The position numbers were made by a program, and so were the translations under genes. From a virus, in IMG/VR virus record IMGVR_UViG_3300023174_000053, positions 107,028 through 171,027 of that record: DNA of 64,000 nucleotides; one strand, given 5' to 3'. The notes below the pieces were generated by a model, which did not search any database, was not told the origin of the DNA, and worked only from the letters and a program-made list of their open reading frames with translations. Below, piece by piece: positions 49,722-58,732 of this stretch (within the stretch, counting starts at the first letter, position 1; every line of letters starts with the position of its first letter).

Positions 49722-49925
49722 TCAATCAGCAAGCACCAAGTTTGCTACTCTATCTTCCCCCGGTCGTTCTAGCAATTTAGAATGAATGAGTTCAAATTGT
49801 TGAATCATATTCTGATAATAAGCAGCACCTTGATGGTCTCCATCATCATATACTCCTTCTTCTACAAGTTGAAGAGCAGAGATAATATCAAACAACTCAC
49901 CAGATGTGAAAGAGATTTGTGTCAT
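49722..49925 (-). CDS. hypothetical protein
   Basis: 67-aa ORF coupled to the upstream ORF. Confidence 0.65.
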   Translation of the reverse strand: MTQISFTSGELFDIISALQLVEEGVYDDGDHQGAAYYQNMIQQFELIHSKLLERPGEDRVANLVLAD

Positions 49926-50179
49926 TTTGTGTAATCCTTGATGTAATCTTCAATACAGTCAAATGCCCTATTCAAAATGTAATCAGTTTCATCCAAATCA
50001 TTGAGGACTTTGTTGGTGATTTCCTCACTACAATAGACCCGCTCACCATAGAATCTGGTATCATCCATCTCAAATACATCCTCTTTGGTGAAGATGAACG
50101 CAGCACAAGATGCGTCTGCTCCTTGTTGTTCAATCAGTTTTTCTACTGATTCTTTCAGTTGTTGTAGTGTGCGGTTCAT
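49922..50179 (-). CDS. hypothetical protein
   Basis: 85-aa ORF in the early operon. Confidence 0.7.
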   Translation of the reverse strand: MNRTLQQLKESVEKLIEQQGADASCAAFIFTKEDVFEMDDTRFYGERVYCSEEITNKVLNDLDETDYILNRAFDCIEDYIKDYTK

Positions 50180-50181
50180 GA

Positions 50182-50361
50182 TCAGAAACGAATGATAGGG
50201 TGGTCAATGTCGAGGACATCACATTCTTCAGTTGCAAACACAAACTCTACACTTGCTTGATAATACTCATCGTTGATGCCACAATCATAAACAGCAACAT
50301 CCTGATTGAGTTGTTCTTCGGTGAGTTGTTGAAGTTCAGCAAGAAGTTCTTTGTAAGTCAT
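50182..50361 (-). CDS. hypothetical protein (59 aa), not in ORF track
   Basis: MTYKELLAELQQLTEEQLNQDVAVYD...LDIDHPIIRF; ATGA overlap with the upstream stop. Confidence 0.65.
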   Translation of the reverse strand: MTYKELLAELQQLTEEQLNQDVAVYDCGINDEYYQASVEFVFATEECDVLDIDHPIIRF

Positions 50362-50543
50362 ACAATATCAAAAATGGTGAAGAGTTCTCGTTGTGTTTGA
50401 GTGAATAGAGTATCAGGTTCAGGATAGTCATAGATTTCTTCCTGAAACTCTTTGTAGTGATACAACATATCACGCAAAGCAGCTAGTTGTTTGTCAGTCA
50501 GTGCTTCTTCAATCATTAGAACTTTCTCCAATAAATCAGGCAT
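50358..50543 (-). CDS. hypothetical protein sharing a domain with 52581..52895
   Basis: TDKQL....ML..Y...Q...YD.P....LFT.TQRELF motif. Confidence 0.6.
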   Translation of the reverse strand: MPDLLEKVLMIEEALTDKQLAALRDMLYHYKEFQEEIYDYPEPDTLFTQTQRELFTIFDIV

Positions 50544-50733
50544 TGTAAATGGCATTGCGGCAGGTGGCAGAGAACTTATCAGCAACGTTTGTATAATCTT
50601 CTATACGTTGCCTCCAATAACTTTTATGATCCACAGACTCTTCTTCATAACGTTTCATCAGTGCAACAGCACTATAAAGTGCTGAAATCATTTCAGTTTC
50701 CTCATTGAAAGTAAAACCAGGAACGACTGCCAT
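50536..50733 (-). CDS. hypothetical protein
   Basis: ORF track 50536..50817; likely start MAVVPG, downstream of the promoter at 50758. Confidence 0.6.
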   Translation of the reverse strand: MAVVPGFTFNEETEMISALYSAVALMKRYEEESVDHKSYWRQRIEDYTNVADKFSATCRNAIYNA

Positions 50734-51023
50734 TGCTTTTCTCTTGATTACTCCGTAATCATAGCACCCCAGAGGGGTCTGTGCTCTTTTAGTGTGCCAG
50801 TGCCACAAGTGGCACATCTCAACACGAGACTCACGTTAGATTGTGTATAAACTTCTTTAGCAAGTGTTTGCCCTTATCTACATCAAAACGATTGTCAAAT
50901 GTAACCATCAATTCCAAAATAAGGTCAGCATAAACTTTTGGAACTCGTATGTGTGTTGTTTCACCTGATTGTGGGAACTTCTTTGTGAAAGGCATAGATT
51001 ATATGTGGGACAGATACAATTAT

Positions 51024-52259
51024 CTATACGCACAACTCTCCTTTTACAAATACAGTATCAATCACACTCTGGAGTTGCTTTGCAATCTTATCTCCATAGT
51101 TATTATTGACGGGAATGGTAATAGTTCCAAAAGGTTTGCGATAAAATGCAAACTCTCCTGCTTTCATCTTACCTTCTTGAATTGCTTTACGGTCATCCTT
51201 ATGAACTCGAATAACCCTACCAATAGTCTGGCACATTTCAATCATAGGAAGATTGCGAAGCATAATGCAATGAGTCAGACCGTGAATACTAATACCCTCA
51301 CTCATAATTGAGTAATGAAACACAATGAGCTTCTTGTCTGGGTCAGCACCAAACTCACTCATTTTCTCAAAGAATACTTCACGAGACACTTTCTGCTTGT
51401 CAATGTAAGCACCGTGCTTGGAAGTGATATGCATAATTGTGTAACCCATATCATTGAGTTGTTGAAGCAAATCACTTTCAGTAAACATAGACCAAATTAC
51501 TTTGGTGCTGGGTGCAGCAACAAGAACTTTAGGTGCATCACAATCAGAAATCTCTGACAGAATACCTACAATGTTCTCTGCATCTACAAATGCAGCATTT
51601 TCTTTAGTGCGAATAGTTTGTGCTTCATAAGGCACAACTTTAGGAGGAATGATACTACCAGCATCAATGAGTTCTTGTGCTGGAATACTGATGATGTTGT
51701 TGCCATAAACATCAGTATTATTCATAGACTCCATACTGTTATTGAACTTCGGAGTTGCAGTGAAGAAATAAGCATTATTTGCAACTGATGAAGTGTGAGC
51801 AATACCCACAAAGTTAGAAGGTTTCACACAATGATGTGCTTCATCAAAATACACAACATCAATCTCAATATCTGATTCATTCACACGACCAATGGAATTG
51901 TATGTGGTGAAGATAAAGTTGTGCTTACCACTTCCGATTGCAGTGTCATTGTATTCTGCAATAACTTCTGAACGTGTAGAGGATTGATGATGTGTTTCTC
52001 CACTGTGGCAGTGCATATAAGCAACATTGAGTCCTTGTAAATATGCTTCAAACTCCGAACAAAGTTGATTTGCAAGCAGAATACGAGGAGCAACAACAAC
52101 AAACGTCATCGGTTCTGTTGCATTCAGAATCCTTTGACGGGCATCTTCCATCATCACAACAGTTTTCCCACCACCAGTAGGAATATAACAGGTGCCTTTG
52201 ATGACTTTCTGCACAGCATCAAGAGCACGTTGTTGATAGTTGAGAAGGGTAAGCATCAT
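51024..52259 (-). CDS. superfamily 2 DEAH helicase (type III restriction ResIII-like)
   Basis: YQQRAL Q-motif, PTGGGKT, FDEAHH, FTATP, EGI, QTIGRVIR. Confidence 0.9.
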   Translation of the reverse strand: MMLTLLNYQQRALDAVQKVIKGTCYIPTGGGKTVVMMEDARQRILNATEPMTFVVVAPRILLANQLCSEFEAYLQGLNVAYMHCHSGETHHQSSTRSEVIAEYNDTAIGSGKHNFIFTTYNSIGRVNESDIEIDVVYFDEAHHCVKPSNFVGIAHTSSVANNAYFFTATPKFNNSMESMNNTDVYGNNIISIPAQELIDAGSIIPPKVVPYEAQTIRTKENAAFVDAENIVGILSEISDCDAPKVLVAAPSTKVIWSMFTESDLLQQLNDMGYTIMHITSKHGAYIDKQKVSREVFFEKMSEFGADPDKKLIVFHYSIMSEGISIHGLTHCIMLRNLPMIEMCQTIGRVIRVHKDDRKAIQEGKMKAGEFAFYRKPFGTITIPVNNNYGDKIAKQLQSVIDTVFVKGELCV

Positions 52260-52350
52260 AATCAATTCAATACAAGTATTGTAGCACGTTTTAGGTGCCT
52301 GCGGTCAATTATAGGGACAGTGCTACGAGTGTCCCTTGGTGTAAAGTATA

Positions 52351-52435
52351 AGCTGGAGACAGGATTTGAACCTGCGATGACTTTTCAGTGCCGCATTACA
52401 AGTGCGGTGCGTTCGACCTCTACGCTAACTCCAGC
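52351..52435 (-). tRNA. tRNA-Thr(UGU) with a long variable arm; no encoded CCA
   Basis: GCTGGAG/CTCCAGC acceptor stem, GCGT/ACGC D-stem, CCGCA-CTTGTAA-TGCGG anticodon arm, GCAGG-TTCAAAT-CCTGT T-arm, 15-nt variable region. Confidence 0.85.
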
Positions 52436-52580
52436 ATAAAACTATGTGTTACATATATTTATTACATAAACTCCATCAAGTAATAATCAACAGTTACTTC
52501 AAAAGATGCAGCAAGTTCCTCAACAGTAGCATCCTCACAATCAGGATGCTCACAAAACAAATCAAGAACGTCATCATTCA

Positions 52581-52895
52581 TCAATTTAAGTCCAAAAGTT
52601 CAAACAACTCACGTTGAGTTTTTGTAAACAAAGTAACAGATGGAGGATTATCATAAAGGTCCAGTTGATATGCTCTATAACTTTCTACCATCTCTTTTAT
52701 ACAATCAAGTTGCTTATCTGTAAACTCAAGTTTCTCTACATCATAATAAGCATAAGAAACAGTAGAAGGAACACCAGCAAGTTGTAGATTACGATTGATG
52801 CGATTTACTTCATCTTGTGCTTGGTCTTCATCTTCATATTCATAAAGTTCTGTGACAGAACCATTGTGAGATTGATAAACAGTGAAGTGTGTCAT
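52581..52895 (-). CDS. hypothetical protein; C-terminal half paralogous to the 50358 ORF
   Basis: FTDKQL..IKEM...Y..YQ...YD.PP...LFTKTQRELF. Confidence 0.7.
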   Translation of the reverse strand: MTHFTVYQSHNGSVTELYEYEDEDQAQDEVNRINRNLQLAGVPSTVSYAYYDVEKLEFTDKQLDCIKEMVESYRAYQLDLYDNPPSVTLFTKTQRELFELLDLN

Positions 52896-53131
52896 TGATA
52901 TTGAGGAAGAATGGAGAAAGAATTACAGAACTTTTGAACCCAATGTAGAGTATCAAAATACCCACGAGGATTAGACATCACCATACTTGTATCCTTGCGA
53001 GGATTGTAAGCAACAGCAACATACCTATAAACATCAGGTGCTTCTTCAATCTCTTGAATCCACATTTGATTCACATCACCAGTATGCCAATCCCAACGAG
53101 AAGTAGTATAATGAAAAACGTCAAGAATCAT
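52892..53131 (-). CDS. hypothetical protein
   Basis: 79-aa ORF after a structured leader. Confidence 0.7.
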   Translation of the reverse strand: MILDVFHYTTSRWDWHTGDVNQMWIQEIEEAPDVYRYVAVAYNPRKDTSMVMSNPRGYFDTLHWVQKFCNSFSILPQYQ

Positions 53132-53306
53132 TTGTTTGTTGAATTGAAGTTTGAAGTGATGAGGTTTACTAACAGCATACTTGCCAAGATGTCAGTTGAC
53201 GTTAGCAGGGTGGTCTTACTGCCCCCCTCACCACCTTCTTAATATACCACATTTTGAGGTCTGTGCCCGTTTAGTGTGCCAGTTCCACAACTGGCACATC
53301 AGTCAA

Positions 53307-54245
53307 TCATTCATCCCCAAATAAAAGTGAGGTTGTTTCAACTTTAGTTGTATTTTGTATTCTTTCTTGAGACTTTTTGAAGTATTCTTCATCTATTTCA
53401 CAACCAACAAAATTTCTATCATGTTTTACACAAGAGACGGCAGTAGAACCAGAACCAGAAAAACAATCTAATACTTTATCTCCAGGATTGGATGAAGATA
53501 AGATAATTCTATCCATTAAATCTATAGGTTTTTGAGTACTATGAAACTTGGGTTCTTTTTTATCGTAAAAATTGATGTCGTCCCAGACATCAGTTAATCC
53601 AGAAATAATATTAAACTTATAAACAACATCTTCATATGAAGGAAGATTTCCAAGAGTTGATAACTTTTTCCAATCTTCTTTTGTTGGATAAGTTCTATGT
53701 TCTCTTGGTTTTTTGGGAGATGCAATGCAAGAAAATGTACCTCCACCAGTTGTTGCTTTGCCCAATAATTCATTCATGTCGTTTCCGTTCATGTTATTTT
53801 TTTTCTTGATATCTAGCAACAAATCACGAATATGATCTTTTGCATCATAATGAAAAAAGAAAATAGATTCTGTTGCTGTAGGAAACATTTTAAGATTTGC
53901 ACTTGTTCTTCCTGCAACAGATCTCATACCTTTATTAACAACAATTTGTTGCCTAAAAGTAAATCCTGCATTTTCGATAAGAGGAAGAAGATAAGTGAGT
54001 TGTTGAGGAAATCCAAATATCCACAAACTTCCAGACCATTTAGATACTCTCCCCAATTCACTAATCCATTCTTCACACCATTTATAGTATTCATCAATTG
54101 TGAACCACTGATTATCCCATTTATCATTTACAACTCTATAATAAGGAGGATCTATAGCAATTAAATCAATTGTTCTATTATCAATTTCTTTAAGAAAAGA
54201 AATACAGTCCTTATTTTGATAATTCATTATTTTAATTGAACTCAC
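53307..54245 (-). CDS. N6-adenine/N4-cytosine DNA methyltransferase (beta class)
   Basis: IDLIAIDPPY catalytic motif N-terminal; HSTQKP and VLDCFSGSGST AdoMet-binding motif C-terminal. Confidence 0.93.
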   Translation of the reverse strand: MSSIKIMNYQNKDCISFLKEIDNRTIDLIAIDPPYYRVVNDKWDNQWFTIDEYYKWCEEWISELGRVSKWSGSLWIFGFPQQLTYLLPLIENAGFTFRQQIVVNKGMRSVAGRTSANLKMFPTATESIFFFHYDAKDHIRDLLLDIKKKNNMNGNDMNELLGKATTGGGTFSCIASPKKPREHRTYPTKEDWKKLSTLGNLPSYEDVVYKFNIISGLTDVWDDINFYDKKEPKFHSTQKPIDLMDRIILSSSNPGDKVLDCFSGSGSTAVSCVKHDRNFVGCEIDEEYFKKSQERIQNTTKVETTSLLFGDE

Positions 54246-54254
54246 AATAGTCTA

Positions 54255-55067
54255 TCAAAAATTAGTGTTTCTGTCAAGGTTCCCTCGTTCTTTTCCATGA
54301 GTTGATTTTTTAACACCAATCACATTAACTGCGTCTTCAACTAGCACAAAATTACCAGGAAGTTTATTTAATTTGTTTTTTTCATTTTTATTAAACAGAG
54401 TAATTGGCATTTTACTAATTCCATCTTGATTCTCTGGACAATAAAAATCATAGTCAACTTCTACGTCATTTTCTGTTACGTTAATTACACAATCAACAAG
54501 AGGAATAGGAGCGCACATATAAAAATCACGACCAAAAGGCATAAAGTTTTTGTGTGGTTTTTTGCCTTTTTGAAGTTGACATTCAAGAATGTCATTGAAC
54601 ATTTTATTAGTGGAAAGAATACGAAAAACTTGAATACGATACTTAGGATTATTATAATCTTTATTAAGAGGTTCTACGGAAGAGAAAATATAACAAGGTA
54701 TTTGATCATGATACTTAAAATGTGCTTTAGAATCAATTCCCCACCGACTATCATTAGGATCTTTCCTATTGGTTGATCCACATTTATAACACTCTTGGGA
54801 ATAATAATTATTTTTTGACTTACAATCAGGACATTTATAAGTTTGTGCAAGAAAGCAATTTTTTCCCTCTGCTCCACTTGCACTATCAAATGCACATCCT
54901 CCGTTAGAAGGAATACCTTTAGTATTTTCTACGACAAATAACACTCTTTCTCCAAACTTTCCAGTATCAAAAGTAAATCCTTGGTTGTAATCAAGACACC
55001 ATTTAATTTCACTTTGAATGTTATTAAAAGTGTGCTTGAGGAGTTGAGTAAAAGTGTGTTGAGACAA
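54255..55067 (-). CDS. putative type II restriction endonuclease with Zn-ribbon
   Basis: Directly upstream of and co-oriented with the MTase; FD.....EGK (PD-(D/E)xK-like) and CPDC..CYKC; likely TTG start at 55067 below the promoter at 55095. Confidence 0.55.
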   Translation of the reverse strand: MSQHTFTQLLKHTFNNIQSEIKWCLDYNQGFTFDTGKFGERVLFVVENTKGIPSNGGCAFDSASGAEGKNCFLAQTYKCPDCKSKNNYYSQECYKCGSTNRKDPNDSRWGIDSKAHFKYHDQIPCYIFSSVEPLNKDYNNPKYRIQVFRILSTNKMFNDILECQLQKGKKPHKNFMPFGRDFYMCAPIPLVDCVINVTENDVEVDYDFYCPENQDGISKMPITLFNKNEKNKLNKLPGNFVLVEDAVNVIGVKKSTHGKERGNLDRNTNF

Positions 55068-55138
55068 TGTTTTTTTTTTTGTTTGTATCCCTGTATTATA
55101 GGGCATTAAGGGGGTCCGTGCCCGTTTAGTGTGCCAGT

Positions 55139-55351
55139 TCAAAAATTGGACTTCCTGAAACAAATCCTATCCATAATGCATAATGAGAGTTCAAACTTCA
55201 AATCCTCATCTACATCACCAAGATAAGATTGAACGGCATCAGGAATCAATTCCTGCATAAAATCCACATAACGTGAATCTTCTTCAATATATTTGATTAC
55301 ATCAAGAACAAGTGATGATGCAATCTCTTGAGTTGATTTATTGGAGAGCAT
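55139..55351 (-). CDS. hypothetical acidic protein
   Basis: ORF track 55139..55369; ATG MLSNK follows the promoter at 55374. Confidence 0.65.
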   Translation of the reverse strand: MLSNKSTQEIASSLVLDVIKYIEEDSRYVDFMQELIPDAVQSYLGDVDEDLKFELSLCIMDRICFRKSNF

Positions 55352-55418
55352 GAGATTTTTCAGGAACAAATGTAATGTAGAATGATTTGAGGGGATTTGA
55401 GGATTTTATGTGTCAGTA

Positions 55419-55609
55419 TCACTTACCACTCTCTTTTGCCAATGTTATTTCACCATATTGACTTGGATAAACTAATAGACATACATCTTTTGATTTGTGG
55501 TCCATTCTACAAACACAAACTGTAATGTACTTTTCACAGATGAAATCAACTACACCGTGCATTCCACGATAATAAACTTCAATTCCTTTTGCGAATGTTA
55601 TATTTGACA
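55419..55609 (-). CDS. hypothetical protein
   Basis: F..G..V.Y....G.V.FICE.YIT, SH3-like pattern; start uncertain. Confidence 0.55.
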
Positions 55610-55716
55610 TTTGGTAGGTAAAAAGCAATTCTCTTGTAATAATTTATCAGCATTATGAGATACTGTAAATCCTATTACAAGAGATGCCAAAGTAAAGCAG
55701 CAAATGATGAGACTAT

Positions 55717-56118
55717 TCATCGTGCGTAAAGATACGACCCTGCCCAATCGGCACGTTTGTACATTTCCTCACGAGATGTATCATCTAGGAGATTATACCG
55801 AATACCTTTGGCAGGTGCTTTCCAGGATGCTGCTTTATAAACATCACCAGTCACTTTATCTACAAAGAGATGAACGTGATTTTGATTATAATCTTTCATT
55901 ATAATCTTATGATACTTGCGAAGAGTATTGATATAAAACTCTGGCACATCTTCACCTTCACATAGTTTGTCAATTTGCTCTTTGTGATACTCTACACTCT
56001 CACCTTTTTCAATGTATTGCCGATGTAATTCAATGCGATACGATTGATAATTGGTGCGAAGAACCTCACAAAGAGTTTGAGTGTATTGAATAACTTTGTC
56101 AGCAGTCACAGTAGTCAT
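55717..56118 (-). CDS. conserved phage hypothetical protein
   Basis: RKYHKI, VH.FVDK.TGDVYK.ASWKAPAKG.RYNL, ADWAGSYLY motifs. Confidence 0.8.
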   Translation of the reverse strand: MTTVTADKVIQYTQTLCEVLRTNYQSYRIELHRQYIEKGESVEYHKEQIDKLCEGEDVPEFYINTLRKYHKIIMKDYNQNHVHLFVDKVTGDVYKAASWKAPAKGIRYNLLDDTSREEMYKRADWAGSYLYAR

Positions 56119-56240
56119 TTGAAGTTCAGTTTGAGTTTGAGTGATTGAAGTGCCTGTTTTCTTGCTTTGAGTTGCCCCTTACAAGTCCCTTTGGTTTTCT
56201 TGTTTTTGTTTGAGTTATGTTGCCAATTTGGGGTAGTCAT
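56115..56240 (-). CDS. small basic protein
   Basis: MTTPNWQHNSNK..K...KARKQALQSLK; GGAG RBS; downstream of the promoter at 56266. Confidence 0.6.
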   Translation of the reverse strand: MTTPNWQHNSNKNKKTKGTCKGQLKARKQALQSLKLKLNFK

Positions 56241-56325
56241 CTCCGTTTTGTTTGGTTGTGAGACTATTATAGGGCATCTGTTGGGAGTTTGGGGGGTGTA
56301 GTGTGCCACTAGAAGAAGTGGCACA

Positions 56326-56802
56326 TCAGTTATAAGAATACTTCTTCCATTCGTCAACATCTGCTCTATCCAAAGAAAACAACATTTTGTTAAATGGTTT
56401 CTTTGGAGTAGTTTCAAGAATTAAATTGGTTTCTTCTAATAGTTTATCACCTTTCCTTGTATTACAAGGCATACAAGCAACTACTAGGTTTTCCCAACTA
56501 TTATCACCACCTTTAGAAGTTGGAAAGATGTGGTCTATTGTGAGATTTCTTGTAGAACCACAATACTGACATTTGTGACCATCACGTTTATAAATCATTG
56601 CTCGTGATGGTTTATTTTGCATTAGTTTTTTGTATGGTATCTTAATGTAATTGACCAAACGGATAACTCTTTTGCCAAGTGCTTGTGCTTTGTTCTTAAT
56701 AAGCAACACAACTGCTCTCCTCCAATTTGTGAAATTTAGAGGTTCATAAGAAGCATTAAGAACAAGTATTGTTTGATTTGGTTCAAGTTTTGAGTAGTCC
56801 AT
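56326..56802 (-). CDS. HNH endonuclease
   Basis: LVLNASYEPL, RD...CQYCG, TIDHIFP.SKGG..SWENLV.AC..CN..KG. Confidence 0.92.
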   Translation of the reverse strand: MDYSKLEPNQTILVLNASYEPLNFTNWRRAVVLLIKNKAQALGKRVIRLVNYIKIPYKKLMQNKPSRAMIYKRDGHKCQYCGSTRNLTIDHIFPTSKGGDNSWENLVVACMPCNTRKGDKLLEETNLILETTPKKPFNKMLFSLDRADVDEWKKYSYN

Positions 56803-56823
56803 CGACCTTTGAATAAGTTTAAA

Positions 56824-56849
56824 AGTATGAGAGTTTTATCTCTCATACT
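56824..56849 (-). terminator. intrinsic terminator
   Basis: AGTATGAGAG-6nt-CTCTCATACT followed by TTT on the minus strand, 2 nt after the stop at 56852. Confidence 0.7.
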
Positions 56850-56851
56850 AT

Positions 56852-57622
56852 CTAGATGTCAAATAGCAAATCAGGATTAAATCCTGTTGCTTGACCTGGA
56901 TAACCCGAAGGGTTACAAATTACACGACAATCTCCAATCATATAATTGAAAGCATTGTGTGTATGACCATGGCACCAATATTTGATTTGAGGATGACTTA
57001 AAATCAAATCATCCAAATCACTGACATGAGCACCATTTGCATTCTTCTTGTATTGTTGTGGAACCGATTGATAACTTGGTCCCATATGACTAATCACAAA
57101 TACATTCTCATTCAATTCTTGAAGTTGATTGAGAAGATACTCTTTACTTCTCTTATGAAAAGCAAGTGTATCATTTGGTTTGAGTTTCCTATAGTTAGGA
57201 CCAACCCGAATGGTTTTGTAATCATTCATTAGACTTTGAGCATCCATCATTTCTAATGGATTTTCATTTCGGAAATCAGTCCAAAGAGTGAAACCAATGA
57301 AGTTCCAATCTTCAATACTTACAGTATCATTCTCAAGCAAATGAAAGTTATCTGGAAGATGTTCTTGAATAGTTTTGTGTGTTCCTTCGTAGTTGTATCC
57401 ATAGTATTCGTGATTACCAAATACATAAAGAACCTTTTGATAGTTCACACTACAATCATCAAGAAACCTTTTATACACATCGGCAATATAACCATTCTTC
57501 TTTAAGTGCCGAGCACAAAGAATGTCCCCAGCAAGAACAAGAACATCACCACTACCAACAGGATATACCTGACAAGCAACACAATGCTCTAAATGTAAAT
57601 CGCTGAGGACTTTCAGTTTCAT
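56852..57622 (-). CDS. calcineurin-like metallophosphoesterase
   Basis: SDLH, AGD, GNHE, SH, HGHTH motifs. Confidence 0.92.
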   Translation of the reverse strand: MKLKVLSDLHLEHCVACQVYPVGSGDVLVLAGDILCARHLKKNGYIADVYKRFLDDCSVNYQKVLYVFGNHEYYGYNYEGTHKTIQEHLPDNFHLLENDTVSIEDWNFIGFTLWTDFRNENPLEMMDAQSLMNDYKTIRVGPNYRKLKPNDTLAFHKRSKEYLLNQLQELNENVFVISHMGPSYQSVPQQYKKNANGAHVSDLDDLILSHPQIKYWCHGHTHNAFNYMIGDCRVICNPSGYPGQATGFNPDLLFDI

Positions 57623-57638
57623 TTTTAATTAAAATAAA

Positions 57639-57665
57639 GGGACCAAGTATATGAAACTTGGTCTC
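57639..57665 (-). terminator. intrinsic terminator
   Basis: GAGACCAAGT-7nt-ACTTGGTCCC followed by TTTATTTT. Confidence 0.65.
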
Positions 57666-57674
57666 AAATACTCA

Positions 57675-57917
57675 TCAAACAGTGGTTACAACATTCTCTG
57701 GGTCAAGTTTATCCAGAACATACTGAATTGGTTTCAGTTGATCTTGAATATCACTTTCCAGTTCACGGAAAGTACCAACCAGTGCTTCAAGAAAGTCAGA
57801 ACCAGTCATACCTTCGTAATCACAATCATCAAGAATACTATCACGAAAGCATTCTACGAGGGTTTCTTGTAGAGATTCAACCATTTCACGAGACTTAGAG
57901 ATGCTACGACGTGCCAT
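57675..57917 (-). CDS. hypothetical acidic protein
   Basis: 80-aa ORF. Confidence 0.7.
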   Translation of the reverse strand: MARRSISKSREMVESLQETLVECFRDSILDDCDYEGMTGSDFLEALVGTFRELESDIQDQLKPIQYVLDKLDPENVVTTV

Positions 57918-57946
57918 AATAAAATTAGTTAGTTAAAGAATTAGAA

Positions 57947-58162
57947 TCAAACAGTGACTACAACACCATCAGCACCAGTCAGGGTCACATCCCCATCATC
58001 AACTGCTTGGGTATAGTTCTCAAGCACAGTGGAATCATAATTATCAAGTGCCTCAACGAGTTCAGCACCAGTTTCTGCGTTAGTGATATTTACAATCAGT
58101 TGAGCACCAGCAGGGTTAGTATCAACGAGTTCAGCAGCAAGAGCAATCAGTTTGGCAGACAT
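57947..58162 (-). CDS. hypothetical acidic protein
   Basis: ORF track 57947..58234; likely start MSAKLIALAAE. Confidence 0.6.
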   Translation of the reverse strand: MSAKLIALAAELVDTNPAGAQLIVNITNAETGAELVEALDNYDSTVLENYTQAVDDGDVTLTGADGVVVTV

Positions 58163-58477
58163 TATAAAGAAAAGCAAGGTTAATAAGTGGGTAACTTTGT
58201 TGGTCAGATGTTTCCAACCCATAGGCAAACCCATTCCCAGAAATCAAAAACTCAAAGAGTATTCAATTTCAATTTCATCTTCGTCAGGAATACCGAGTTG
58301 AAGACCTACAAAGTCTTCATATTCAATACCAAGAAACTTTTGAGCAAAGTCCTCGTAATCATCGTGAAGAACACAGGTGTCAATCATCATAACCTCCTTG
58401 ACTTGATGAATACATCATAGCACGGTCAGGACCGTTTGGGAAGTGTTATGTGCCAGAAGGATTACTGGCACATCGTA

Positions 58478-58654
58478 TCAACAATCATACAGTTTGTATT
58501 GGTCAAATTCTTCTTGAAAGAAAAAGTTATCAACTTCAGTATTGAGTGAAGAAAGACCCAACATAAAGTTGTAATGGTCCATAAAAGATCTACAAGTCAT
58601 ATTAAGAATTTGATAATCATTTTGATAAACATTAGCAGAATCAAGAGTCAGCAT
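58478..58654 (-). CDS. hypothetical protein
   Basis: Likely start MLTLD, downstream of the promoter at 58679. Confidence 0.5.
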   Translation of the reverse strand: MLTLDSANVYQNDYQILNMTCRSFMDHYNFMLGLSSLNTEVDNFFFQEEFDQYKLYDC

Positions 58655-58732
58655 CGGTTTTTGATTGATTACGAAGTAATTATAGCACCCTTTGGGGGTC
58701 TGTGCTGATTGACTGTGCCAGAAGCACAAGTG

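Noticed and set aside
55070-55080. T11 homopolymer as a phase-variation switch in the endonuclease
   Set aside because: It probably lies in the 5' leader, between the -10 at 55095 and the TTG at 55067, so slippage would not shift the frame.
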